A stretch of 64,000 bases of DNA from Macrostomum lignano (Eukaryota): positions 74,520-138,519 of the forward strand of contig NIVC01002571.1 of the NCBI GenBank assembly GCA_002269645.1. The letters run 5' to 3'. The position numbers were made by a program, and so were the translations under genes. Below are positions 25,985 to 37,263 of the stretch, in pieces. The notes under the pieces were generated by a model that was given only the letters and a program-made list of their open reading frames with translations, ran no database searches and was not told the origin of the DNA. Each line of letters begins with the position of its first letter. Position 1 is the stretch's first letter.

Positions 25985-26983
25985 ATTTTAGTTCCGCTTC
26001 AGTCTGAGTTTTAGTTCAGCTTCAGTCTGCATTTTAGTTCAGCATCAGTCTGAGTTTTAGTTCAGCTTCAGTCTGAGTTTTAGTTCAGCTTCCGTCTGAG
26101 TTTTAGTTCAGCTTCAGTCTGCATTTTAGTTCAGCTTCAGTCTGCATTTTAGTTCAGCTTCAGTCTGAGTTTTAGTTCAGCTTCTCTCTGAGTTTTAGTT
26201 CAGCTTCAGTCTGAGTTTCAGTTCAGCTTCAGTCTGCATTTTAGTTCAGCTTCAGGCTGAGTTTTAGTTCAGCTTCAGTCTGAGTTTCAGTTCAGCTTCA
26301 GTCTGAGTTTCAGTTCAGCTTCACGTTTAAATTTTAGTTCAGCTTCAGTCTGAGTTTTAGTTCAGCTTCTCTCTGAGTTTTAGTTCAGCTTCAGTCTGAG
26401 TTTTAGTTCAGCTTCAGTCTGCATTTTAGTTCAGCTTCAGTCTGAGTTTTAGTTCAGCTTCAGTCTGCACTTTAGTTCAGCTTCAGTCTGCATTTTAGTT
26501 CAGCTTCAGTCTGAGTTTTAGTTCAGCTTCTCTCTGAGTTTTAGTTCAGCTTCAGTCTGAGTTTCAGTTCAGCTTCAGTCTGCATTTTAGTTCAGCTTCA
26601 GGCTGAGTTTTAGTTCAGCTTCAGTCTGAGTTTCAGTTCAGCTTCACGTTTAAATTTTAGTTCAGCTTCAGTCTGAGTTTTAGTTCAGCTTCTCTCTGAG
26701 TTTTAGTTCAGCTTCAGTCTGAGTTTTAGTTCAGCTTCAGTCTGCATTTTAGTTCAGCTTCAGGCTGAGTTTTAGTTCAGCTTCAGTCTGAGTTTCAGTT
26801 CAGCTTCACGTTTAAATTTTAGTTCAGCTTCAGTCTGAGTTTTAGTTCAGCTTCAGTCTGAGTTTTAGTTCAGCTTCAGTCTGAGTTTTAGTTCAGCTTC
26901 AGTCTGAGTTTTAGTTCAGCTTCAGTCTCAGTTTTAGTTCAGCTTCACTCTGAGTTTTAGTTCAGCTTCACTCTGAGTTTTAG
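25985..26983 (+). repeat. 23-bp minisatellite (AGTTTTAGTTCAGCTTCAGTCTG)n, about 43 copies; left arm of an inverted pair
   Basis: Direct tandem array. Confidence 0.97.
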
Positions 26984-27567
26984 CCTACAACAGCTCGCAC
27001 TGCTATATTTCTTTAGATGTGACCCTCCATAGGCTATTTCGCCCTCAGTGCCAATGCAAGCAAGCAAAATTGATTGCACCTGAACAAATAAACGACTTTA
27101 AACCACTGTGCCGACCCCCTGATGAAGCGCACGGATGCGTGTGCAGAATGGAATCTCGATATTCCTTCTCCGTGCACTCGATATCGCGTTGGAAGTTTCC
27201 AATTTCTATCCAATAAAAATGATGAAGCTGCCCAAGGCCGAAGCAATTGTCTTCTTATCTGTTGGCCCAAGCCCTTCAATCATGCCGATGCGGATTTCCA
27301 ACAGCTTATCTACCATCGTGAACCAAATATTTCCGAAGTTGCCTCTTTCTTCCCATCCATCTTGCAGCGCTATAAGAACTTGCAGCAGATTCTGCAGATT
27401 CTGGATAGACTTCTGCTTGGGGCTGGAACCCCCGCACCTACTAAGGGAGGCCACAGGTGCCAGCGGGTATGAGCGAGAGCTTCGAAAGACGTTCTTGGCT
27501 GATCACGTGACCTATTTCTGCAGTTGCAAGGAACAGATGGAGCTTAGCAGTGGCTGCATAAAAATGC

Positions 27568-28958
27568 AATCTGAAGCTGAACTAAAATGCAGACTGAAGC
27601 TGAACTAAAACTCAGACTGAAGCTGAACTAAAATGAAGACTGAAGCTGAACTTAAATGCAGACTAAAGCTGAACTAAAAGTCAGACTGAAGCTGAACTAA
27701 AACTCAGACTGAAGCTGAACTAAAATGCAGACTGAAGCTGACCTAAAACTCAGACTGAAGCTGAACTAAAATGCAGACTGAAGCTGAACTAAAACTCAGA
27801 CTGAAGCTGAACTAAAATGAAGACTGAAGCTGAACTAAAACTCAGCCTGAAGCTGAACTAAAACTCAGACTGAAGCTGAACTAAAACTCAGACAGAAGCT
27901 GAACTAAAACTCAGACTGAAGCTGAACTAAAATGCAGACTGAAGCTGAACTAAAACTCAGACTGAAGCTGAACTAAAATGAAGACTGAAGCTGAACTAAA
28001 ACTCAGACTGAAGCTGAACTAAAATGCAGACTGAAGCTGAACTAAAACTCAGACTGAAGCTGAACTAAAATGAAGACTGAAGCTGAACAAAAACTCAGAC
28101 TGAAGCTGAAATAAAATGCAGACTGAAGCTGACCTAAAACTCAGACTGAAGCTGAACTAAAATGCAGACTGAAGCTGAACTAAAACTCAGACTGAAGCTG
28201 AACTAAAATGAAGACTGAAGCTGAACTAAAATGCAGACTGAAGCTGAACTAAAACTCAGACTGAAGCTGAACTAAAATGCAGACTGAAGCTGAACTAAAA
28301 CTCAGACTGAAGCTGAACTAAAACTCAGACTGAAGCTGAACTAAAATGCAGACTGAAGCTGAACTAAAACTCAGACTGAAGCTGAACTAAAATGCAGACT
28401 GAAGCTGAACTAAAATGCAGACTGAAGCTGAACTAAAATGCAGACTAAAGCTGAACTAAAATGAAGACTGAAGCTGAACAAAAACTCAGAGAGAAGCTGA
28501 ACTAAAATGCAGACTGAAGCTGAACAAAAACTCAGACTGAAGCTGAACTAAAATGCAGACTGAAGCTGAACTAAAACTCAGACTGAAGCTGAACTAAAAC
28601 TCAGACTGAAGCTGAACTAAAACTCAGACTGAAGCTGAACTAAAACTCAGACTGAAGCTGAACTAAAACTCAGACTGAAGCTGAACTAAAACTCAGACTG
28701 AAGCTGAACTAAAACTCAGACTGAAGCTGAACTAAAACTCAGACTGAAGCTGAACTAAAATGCAGACTGAAGCTGAACTAAAACTCAGAGAGAAGCTGAA
28801 CTAAAACTCAGACTGAAGCTGAACTAAAATGCAGACTGAAGCTGACCTAAAACTCAGACTGAAGCTGAACTAAAACTCAGACTGAAGCTGACCTAAAACT
28901 TAGACTGAAGCTGAACTAAAACTTAGACTGAAGCTGAACTAAAATGCAGACTGAAGCT
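27568..28958 (-). repeat. The same 23-bp minisatellite in reverse orientation (CAGACTGAAGCTGAACTAAAACT)n, about 60 copies; right arm of the inverted pair
   Basis: Reverse complement of the 25985-26983 unit, with shared variants (TGCATTTT, TCTCTCTG). Confidence 0.97.
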
Positions 28959-29258
28959 GAAGGCAAAGGTCATGTCAGGTGCAAGAATAACACCAGGGAG
29001 CTTTTTAACCAGATGAATCATCAGCGCCACACGCAGGATGGTCCCTGCAGAATTTCAACTGGTTTAGCTGCGCCATTGCGCACTACCCACCGCCGCCAAC
29101 CTGGTGCAGTCGGTGGAGAGCCAATGCAGAAGCTACAAGAAATACCTCAAAATCCAAATAAAAGGCCGTGCAATCAGGAATAGACCTGCATTATCGAGCT
29201 CTATATCCTCTGTAAGTCTCTCTTACGCAGCTAAGCCTTGCTACAACTTGTTATCTCC

Positions 29259-32200
29259 ATGAAGATTTGGTTACTTCTAATCGCGGCTGGGCTGCTTATC
29301 TGCCAAACTGTGCAGGGAAACAAAACCTTCTCGTTTGAAGGGTCAGTCACTTTCGAGTCTCTGTGTAATGATATGATTTACGATACGAACTCTGCGTTAG
29401 ACATAGATTTAACCTCCTGTGGATTTTCAGCTACCGGCTCTACAGGGCTGACCCATTCACCAAGGAGGCTGCGGCAGTTCTGCGAAGTCTGCATGATGCC
29501 TACCCGAGCGAACCGGAGCCTGGCGTGAGACAGACACTGAGACAGACACTGAGACGGACACTGGGACAGACACTGAGACAGACACTGAGACAGACACTGG
29601 GACAGACACTGAGACAGGCACTGAGACAGACACTGAGACAGACACTGAGACAGACACTGAGACAGACACTGGAACAGATACTGAGACAGACACTGAGACA
29701 GACACTGAGACAGACACTGGGACAGACACTGAGACAGACACTGGGACAGACACTGAGACAGACACTGAGACAGACACTGGGACAGACACTGAGACAGGCA
29801 CTGAGACAGACACTGAGACAGACACTGAGACAGACACTGAAACAGACACTGGAACAGATACTGAGACAGACACTGAGACAGACACTGAGACAGACACCGA
29901 GACAGACACTGAGACAGACACTGGGACAGACACTAAGACAGACACTGAGACAGACACTGAGACAGACACTGAGACAGACACTGAGACAGACACTGAGACA
30001 GACAGTGGGACAGGCATTGAGACAGTCACTGAGACAGACACTGAGACAGACACTCCGACAGACACTGAAACAGAAACTGGGACAGACACTCAGACAGACA
30101 CTGGGACAGACACTGTGTCAGACACTGAGACAGACACTGAGACAGACACTGAGACAGACACTGGGACAGACACTGAGACAGACAATGAGACAGACACTAA
30201 GACAGACACTAAGACAGACACTGAGACAGACACTCAGACAGACACTGGGACAGACACTGAGACAGACACTGAGACAGACACCGAGACAGACACTGAGACA
30301 GACACTGAGACAGACACTCAGACAGACACTCAGACAGACACTGAAATAGACACTGAGACAAAAACTCAAACAGACATTCAGACAGACACTCAGACAGACA
30401 CTCAGACAGACACTGAGACAGACACTGAGACAGACACCGAGACAGACACTGAGACAGACACTGAGACAGGCACTGAGACAGACACTGAGACAGGCACTGA
30501 GACAGACACTGAGACAGACACCGAGACAGACACTGAGACAGACACTGAGACAGACACTCAGACAGACACTCAGACAGACACTGAAATAGACACTGAGACA
30601 AAAACTCAAACAGACATTCAGACAGACACTCAGACAGACACTCAGACAGACACTGAGACAGACACTGAGACAGACACTGAGAAAGGCACTGAGACAGACA
30701 CTGAGACAGGCACTGAGACAGACACTGAGACAGGCACTGAGACAGGCACTAAGACAGACACTGAGACAGGCACTGAGACAGACACTGAGACAGGCACTGA
30801 GACAGACACTGAGACAGGCACTGAGACAGACACTCAGACAGGCACTGAGACAGACACTGAGACAGGCACTGAGACAGACACTGAGACAGGCACTGAGACA
30901 GACACTGAGACAGGCACTGAGACAGACACTCAGACAGGCACTGAGACAGACACTTAGACAGACACTGAGACAGACACTGAGACAGACACTGAGACAGACA
31001 CTGAGACAGGCACTGAGACAGGCACCCTAACAAAAACAAACCCCATTTTCCCGCAGCTCGGCTTGACATTCTTCAACTACCCAAGCCACCGCAACGTCAA
31101 GGTAGACATCCTGGTGCCGCCCCGTCTGGTGTCCGCCTTCAGAAAGGCCGTGGCCGGACGGCCGGACATCCAGCTCGAGCTGCTGCACCGGAACTACGGC
31201 CGGGTGGCTGCTCAGGCCGATCGGGAGAATCGGCAGTTTCCGCGGCTGATGAAGCGGCTGCGAAGGGCTGTTCGGAGGTCCGATCAGCTGATTCTGAATC
31301 ACAATCAGTACCTGAGATATGACCAGGTGAGGGGCTGCAGTCACTGCTGATTGAGGTGGCTGAGTACTGCTGATTGAAGTGGCTGAGTACTGCTGATTGA
31401 GGTGGCTGAGTACTGCTGATTGAGGTGGCTGAGTACGGCTGATTGAAGTGGCTGAGTACTGCTGATTGAGGTGGCTGAGTACTGCTGATTGAGGTGGCTG
31501 AGTACTGCTGATTGAGGTGGCTGAGTACTGCTGATTGAGGTGGCTGAGTACTGCTGATTGAGGTGGCTGAGTACTGCTGATTGAGGTGGCTGAGTACTGC
31601 TGATTGAGGTGGCTGAGTACTGCTGATTGAGGTGGCTGAGTACTGCTGATTGAGGTGGCTGAGTACTGCTGATTGAGGTGGCTGAGTACTGCTGATTGAG
31701 GTGGCTGAGTACTGCTGATTGAGGTGGCTGAGTACTGCTGATTGAGGTGGCTGAGTACTGCTGATTGAGGTGGCTGAGTACTGCTGATTGAGGTGGCTGA
31801 GTACTGCTGATTGAGGTGGCTGAGTACTGCTGATTGAGGTGGCTGAGTACTGCTGATTGAGGTGGCTGAGTACGGCTGATTGAAGTGGCTGAGTACTGCT
31901 GATTGAGGTGGCTGAGTACTGCTGATTGAGGTGGCTGAGTACTGCTGATTGAGGTGGCTGAGTACTGCTGATTGAGGTGGCTGAGTACTGCTGATTGAGG
32001 TGGCTGAGTACTGCTGATTGAGGTGGCTGAGTACTGCTGATTGAAGTGGCTGAGTACTGCTGATTGAGGTGGCTGAGTACTGCTGATTGAGGTGGCTGAG
32101 TACTGCTGATTGAGGTGGCTGATAGAGTCCTAACTACCAAACCATTCCTAAATTCAGCTTCTGGAGGCTGTGAATACGCTGGCTCAGCAATGCAACTTGC

Positions 32201-35200
32201 TGAGAAGCAACACCTGCCGACAGCAGGAGATCGGCAGCGCTTATGAAGGTCGAAAGCTGATCGTGCTCAGGGTGAGTCATCATGGGTGAGAGAGGAGCAG
32301 GCTCGGGTGAGGCTGAGCCGACTGTGCTCAGGATAAGCTACGGATGCTCGGTGGTGATCGAACTCAATTCCAACCAAACGAAATTCGGTTCCTCACCTCG
32401 CCGCCTCCGAGCAGATCGAGAAAAGCCAGACGGACAAGCAGAAGCGCAAGGTGTGGATTGACGGCGGCATCCACGCCAGGGAGTGGATCAGCCCGGCCAC
32501 CGTGCTGTACATGGCCGATGTGGTGAGAGATGCTGTTTGGTCTGCGCGGGTTTTTATGATTGGCAAAAAGCAGCTCAGAGGTAACCACGTCCGACTCTCG
32601 CGCCACGACCCCTGGTTCGAATCCCTGAGCGGCCCCACATTCATTTGGGGCTTGTGCGCACGAAATTGGCCCAGGGCCAACCTTCAAGGCACAGAGAGTG
32701 TACATGCCTGACGATCAGGAAGTCAGAGCCGCTGTACACCCTGTGTGATCGTAGCAGTATAGGCGCTCTTGCATGTGCTCAGCAGTCATTGCCTCAGCGC
32801 TGATTGTGGGACCAGTTCAGGTGCCCAGGTGCCCGTCTGCCATGCTGATATTGATTTATATTCATAGTAGACTAACCTGAACACCAGGGTTACAAAAGCG
32901 TTGCAGTCATCATCACCTCCGCATTGAAAAACTCGAACACAGCTGATCTCCAAGGGCCTGAATCGCCGAATGTGGACCCCAGAGGTTGTCGCGCTGCTCG
33001 ACTACTACGATTTTCTGATGCTGCCGCTGTACAACCCGGACGGTTATGAGTACTCCCATTCTCATGTGAGTCCTCTCTGAGCACTGTGACTTTCTCTCTT
33101 GTTATTCCCTCACTGAACCTAGTGACTTTCTCTCCCGATATTCACTGAACCTTTCTCTCCCGATATTCACTGAACCTTTCTCTCCCGATATTCACTGAAC
33201 CTTTCTCTCCCGATATTCACTGAACCTTTCTCTCCCGATATTCACTGAACCCAGTGACTTTCTCTCCCGATATTCACTGAACCTTTCTCTCCCGATATTC
33301 ACTGAACCTTTCTCTCCCGATATTCACTGAACCTTTCTCTCCCGATATTCACTGAACCTTTCTCTCCCGATATTCACTGAACTCAGTGACTTTCTCTCCC
33401 GATATTCACTGAACCTTTCTCTCCCGATATTCACTGAACCCAGTGACTTTCTCTCCCGATATTCACTGAACCTTTCTCTCCCGATATTCACTGAACTCAG
33501 TGACTTTCTCTCCCGATATTCACTGAACCTTTCTCTCCCGATATTCACTGAACCTTTCTCTCCCGATATTCACTGAACCCAGTGACTTTCTCTCCCGATA
33601 TTCACTGAACCTTTCTCTCCCGATATTCACTGAACCCAGTGACTTTCTCTCCCGATATTCACTGAACCCAGTGACTTTCTCTCCCGATATTCACTGAACC
33701 CAGTGACTTTCTCTCCCGATATTCACTGAACTCAGTGACTTTCTCTCCCGATATTCACTGAACCTTTCTCTCCCGATATTCACTGAACCCAGTGACTTTC
33801 TCTCCCGATATTCACTGAACCTTTCTCTCCCGATATTCACTGAACCTTTCTCTCCCGATATTCACTGAACCCAGTGACTTTCTCTCCCGATATTCACTGA
33901 ACCCAGTGACTTTCTCTCCCGATATTCACTGAACCCAGTGACTTTCTCTCCCGATATTCACTGAACCCAGTGACTTTCTCTCCCGATATTCACTGAACCC
34001 AGTGACTTTCTCTCCCGATATTCACTGAACCCAGTGACTTTCTCTCCCGATATTCACTGAACCTTTCTCTCCCGATATTCACTGAACCCAGTGACTTTCT
34101 CTCCCGATATTCACTGAACCCAGTGACTTTCTCTCCCGATATTCACTGAACCTTTCTCTCCCGATATTCACTGAACCCAGTGACTTTCTATTCAGGCAAC
34201 ATAGCGACGCGAACCCTTCACAGCCTCATCTCTTAACTGACACTTTTCAGTACCGATTTTGGCGCAAAAACCGCCAAACGAACGGTGGCCACCCGTCTCA
34301 AAGCCGGGTGTGCAGAGGCGTCGACCTCAACAGAAACTATGGCTACAAGTGCGTCTGGTTTGTTGACAGATTTTTTACTCAGTCACGTGATATTAGCCCT
34401 TCAATCAGACGTTTCTGATTGGAATCGGAAACTAAATTCTGTTGATTTTTATCTAGCTATACTATAAGTAGTGCACGCAGCGTAGAATTTTTATTATTTT
34501 ATTGGTGCTAAAATAGACTCTGATAGAGATGACCCATATAGATGTACAGATGACCCATGCAGATGTACAGCTGACCCATGCAGATGTAAAGCTGACCCAT
34601 GCAGATGTACAGCTGACCCATGCAGATGTACAGCTGACCCATGCAGATAATCCCCAAGCCTACAAAACACCACTCGCAGGTGGGGCGGCTCGGGCAGCTC
34701 AAGCGACCCCTGCCAGGATAATTACCGAGGCACCGGGCCATTCTCTGCCATGGAGTCGGCCGCCGTGAAGAGATTCGTCGAGCAGGAGAACTCCGACAAG
34801 AAGATCTTGCTGTTCCTGTCCTACCATTCATACGGCCAGTACGTGCTGATGCCATTCGGCTTCAAGAGGGGGGCCTACCCGCGGCCTGCGCTCAGCGCTG
34901 GCAAGATGGTGAGTTCCGTGGGTTCTATATCAATCTACAGATCTATATCAATCTACAGATCTATATCAATCTATAGATCTATATCGATCTAAAGATCTAT
35001 ATTAATCTACAGATCTATATCAATCTACAGATCTATATCAATCTACAGATCTATATCAATCTACAGATCTATATCAATCTACAGATCTATCTATAGGAAT
35101 CTACGTCAAATTCAAAGCCCGGGTTAATCCGCCAAAAATCCGGACTCAAATTCCGCAGAGCTGCGTGGCCTTCTTCGGCAGCCGGGAGATGTTCTCAACA

Positions 35201-35744
35201 AACCATCGATTTTACATTCACGGAACCAGCGCCGATGTCTTGTGTGAGTTGCTGCTGCATTGGGAGAATTAGGGATAAAGGGATAAAGACGGGAGATAAA
35301 CAGACAGACGGGAGATAAACAGATGGGAGATAAACCAGGCAGATGGGAGATAAACAGACAGACGGGAGATAAACAGACAGACGGGAGATAAACAGATGGG
35401 AGATAAACCAGGCAGATGGGAGATAAACAGACAGATGGGAGATAAACCAGGCAGACGGGAGATAAACCAGACAGACGGGAAACAAACGCGCCCCTGCAGA
35501 CGAGGCCAGCGGCGGCTCAGATGACTGGGCTCACGGCTCGCTCGAAGTCCCGTATTCGCTGACCGTCGAGCTGCCAGACGACGGCGCCTACGGCTTCCTG
35601 CTGCCGCCTGCCTACATTCGCAACGTTGGCAGCGAGGCGGTGCGCGGCCTGCTGGCGATGCTGCGCACAATTCACGACCTGGAGACGAACACGAATTTCT
35701 ACAGGACCCGGTGCCTGGCCCACACCGCCGCATCCGACTATTAG
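29259..35744 (+). CDS. Secreted M14A zinc carboxypeptidase, carboxypeptidase B-like (482 aa, with signal peptide and propeptide)
   Basis: Exons: 29259-29341, 29431-29524, 31057-31326, 32158-32271, 32415-32522 (GIHAREW), 32943-33065 (NPDGYEYSH), 34251-34348 ([13 protein letters not shown]), 34680-34908 (YHSYGQ), 35159-35243, 35500-35744 ([16 protein letters not shown]). Total 1449 nt in frame, all GT-AG. Zinc ligands and catalytic Glu are intact. Confidence 0.95.
29525..31025. repeat. 12-bp minisatellite (GAGACAGACACT)n, about 125 copies, in carboxypeptidase intron 2
   Basis: Starts at the GTGAGA splice donor itself. Confidence 0.97.
31345..32120. repeat. 23-bp minisatellite (TGCTGATTGAGGTGGCTGAGTAC)n, about 34 copies, in intron 3
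   Basis: Highly homogeneous tandem array. Confidence 0.97.
32562..32739 (+). mobile_element. tRNA-derived SINE, copy A of a three-copy family, in carboxypeptidase intron 5
   Basis: A-box-like CAGCTCAGAGG and B box GGTTCGAATCC. Body (CACATTCATTTGGGGCT, CAAGGCACAGAGAGTGTACA) and 3' end (AGTCAGAGCCGCTGTACAC) are homologous to 47300-47662 and 61325-61509. Confidence 0.75.
33115..34190. repeat. Two-variant minisatellite with 25-bp (ACTGAACCTTTCTCTCCCGATATTC) and 32-bp (+CAGTGAC) units, in intron 6
   Basis: Interleaved 25- and 32-bp units. Confidence 0.95.
34525..34650. repeat. 21-bp repeat (GATGTACAGCTGACCCATGCA)n in intron 7
   Basis: About 6 tandem copies. Confidence 0.9.
34925..35095. repeat. 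18-bp repeat (AGATCTATATCAATCTAC)n in intron 8
   Basis: About 9 tandem copies. Confidence 0.9.
35280..35480. repeat. About 15-20-bp repeat (GGGAGATAAAC-AGACAGAC/CAGGCAGAT)n in intron 9
   Basis: About 10 tandem copies. Confidence 0.88.
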
Positions 35745-35929
35745 CGGCTCCGGAGTGATTTAAGCAAACCTTAGTCCAGCTGTAGAGATTATAATTTTCC
35801 CTAAATTTCCCAGTCAATTTTAGTTAATCCCAAAGATATGATTACTGAAAGCCTTATGCAAGTGAAAAATTATAATTCGAATTTTTCCATGCAAGATCTG
35901 GCAGTTTTGTTGCTAGGCGATACGGTTAT

Positions 35930-36175
35930 CACTTTGCTTAGCAACAAAGTGTAATCACTGTGTTGCTAAGCAACAAGTGTAATCACCGTGTTGCTAAGCA
36001 ACAAGTGTAATCACCGTGTTGCTAAGCAACAAGTGTAATCACCGTGTTGCTAAGCAACCAAATTTAATCACAGTGTTGCTAAGCAATCAAATGTAATCAC
36101 AGTGTTGCTAAGCAACCAAATGTAATCACCGTGTTGCTAAGCAACCAAATGTAATCACTGTGTTGCCAGACAACC
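35930..36175. repeat. 28-29-bp minisatellite carrying the palindrome GTTGCTAAGCAAC (RFX X-box-like)
   Basis: Six perfect copies of the palindrome plus several variants. Confidence 0.9.
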
Positions 36176-36439
36176 TGTTACTTTAACAGGTACCTTTTGC
36201 TATGGCTTTCAGCAGAAATTCAAGTGTTTTTATATCAGAATTTTTTATATTTCTTACCTAGAAACACAACAATTAAAGAATTTCGAGCAATATATGTGTG
36301 CAACATAGTGCAAAAGAAATCTGTCAATCATTTTTCTTTGAGGATATTCGCTACATTTAACCGCAATAAAGCAATTATTAATGAAGCTAACATTTTTTGA
36401 ACCAATAGCTTTGCTTGGCTAAAAATGCATACTATTCAA

Positions 36440-37263
36440 TCTTGATCACCCAGCTCACACCTTCATCACACAGCTCACACCTATATCACACAGCTCACAC
36501 CTGCATCACACAGCTCACACCTGCATCATCACACAGCCCACACATGCATCATCACACAGCTCACACATGCATCACACAGCTCACACCTGTATCACACAGC
36601 TTACACCTGTATCACACAGCTCACACCTGCATCACACAGCTCACACCTTCATCACACAGCTCACACCTGTATCACACAGCTCACACCTGTATCACACAGC
36701 TCACACCTGCATCACACAGCTCACACCTGCATCACACAGCTCACACCTGTATCACACAGCTCACACCTGTATCACACAGCTCACACCTGTATCACACAGC
36801 TCACACCTGTATCACACAGCTCACACCTGTATCACACAGCTCACACCTGTATCACACAGCTCACACCTTCATCACACAGCTCACACCTGTATCACACAGC
36901 TCACACCTGTATCACACAGCTCACACCTGCATCAAACAGCTCACACATGCATCACACAGCTCACACCTGCATCACACAGCTCACACCTGCATCACACAGC
37001 TCACACCTGCATCACACAGCTCACACCTGCATCACACAGCTCACACCTGTATCACCCAGCTCACACCTGCATCACACAGCTCACACCTATATCACACAGC
37101 TCACACCTGTATCACACAGCTCACACCTGCATCACACAGCTCACACCTGCATCACACAGCTCACACCTGCATCATCACACAGCTCACACATGCATAATCA
37201 CACAGCTCACACTTGTATCACACAGCTCACACCTGCATCACACAGCTCACACCTGTATCACAC
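36440..37263. repeat. 20-bp minisatellite (ATCACACAGCTCACACCTGY)n, about 41 copies; resumes for about 2 units at 38990-39035 after the LINE insertion
   Basis: The same unit lies on both sides of the RTE element. Confidence 0.96.

Noticed and set aside
29457-32140. Long repetitive ORFs ([17 protein letters not shown] and similar)
   Set aside because: They are translations of stop-free minisatellites lying in introns of the carboxypeptidase gene.
32705-32739. Hammerhead ribozyme core (CTGACGA...GAAA) in the SINE 3' end
   Set aside because: Only copy B has GAAA, copy C has CTAACGA, and helices I and III with an NUH cleavage site cannot be formed. A simple hairpin explains the sequence better.
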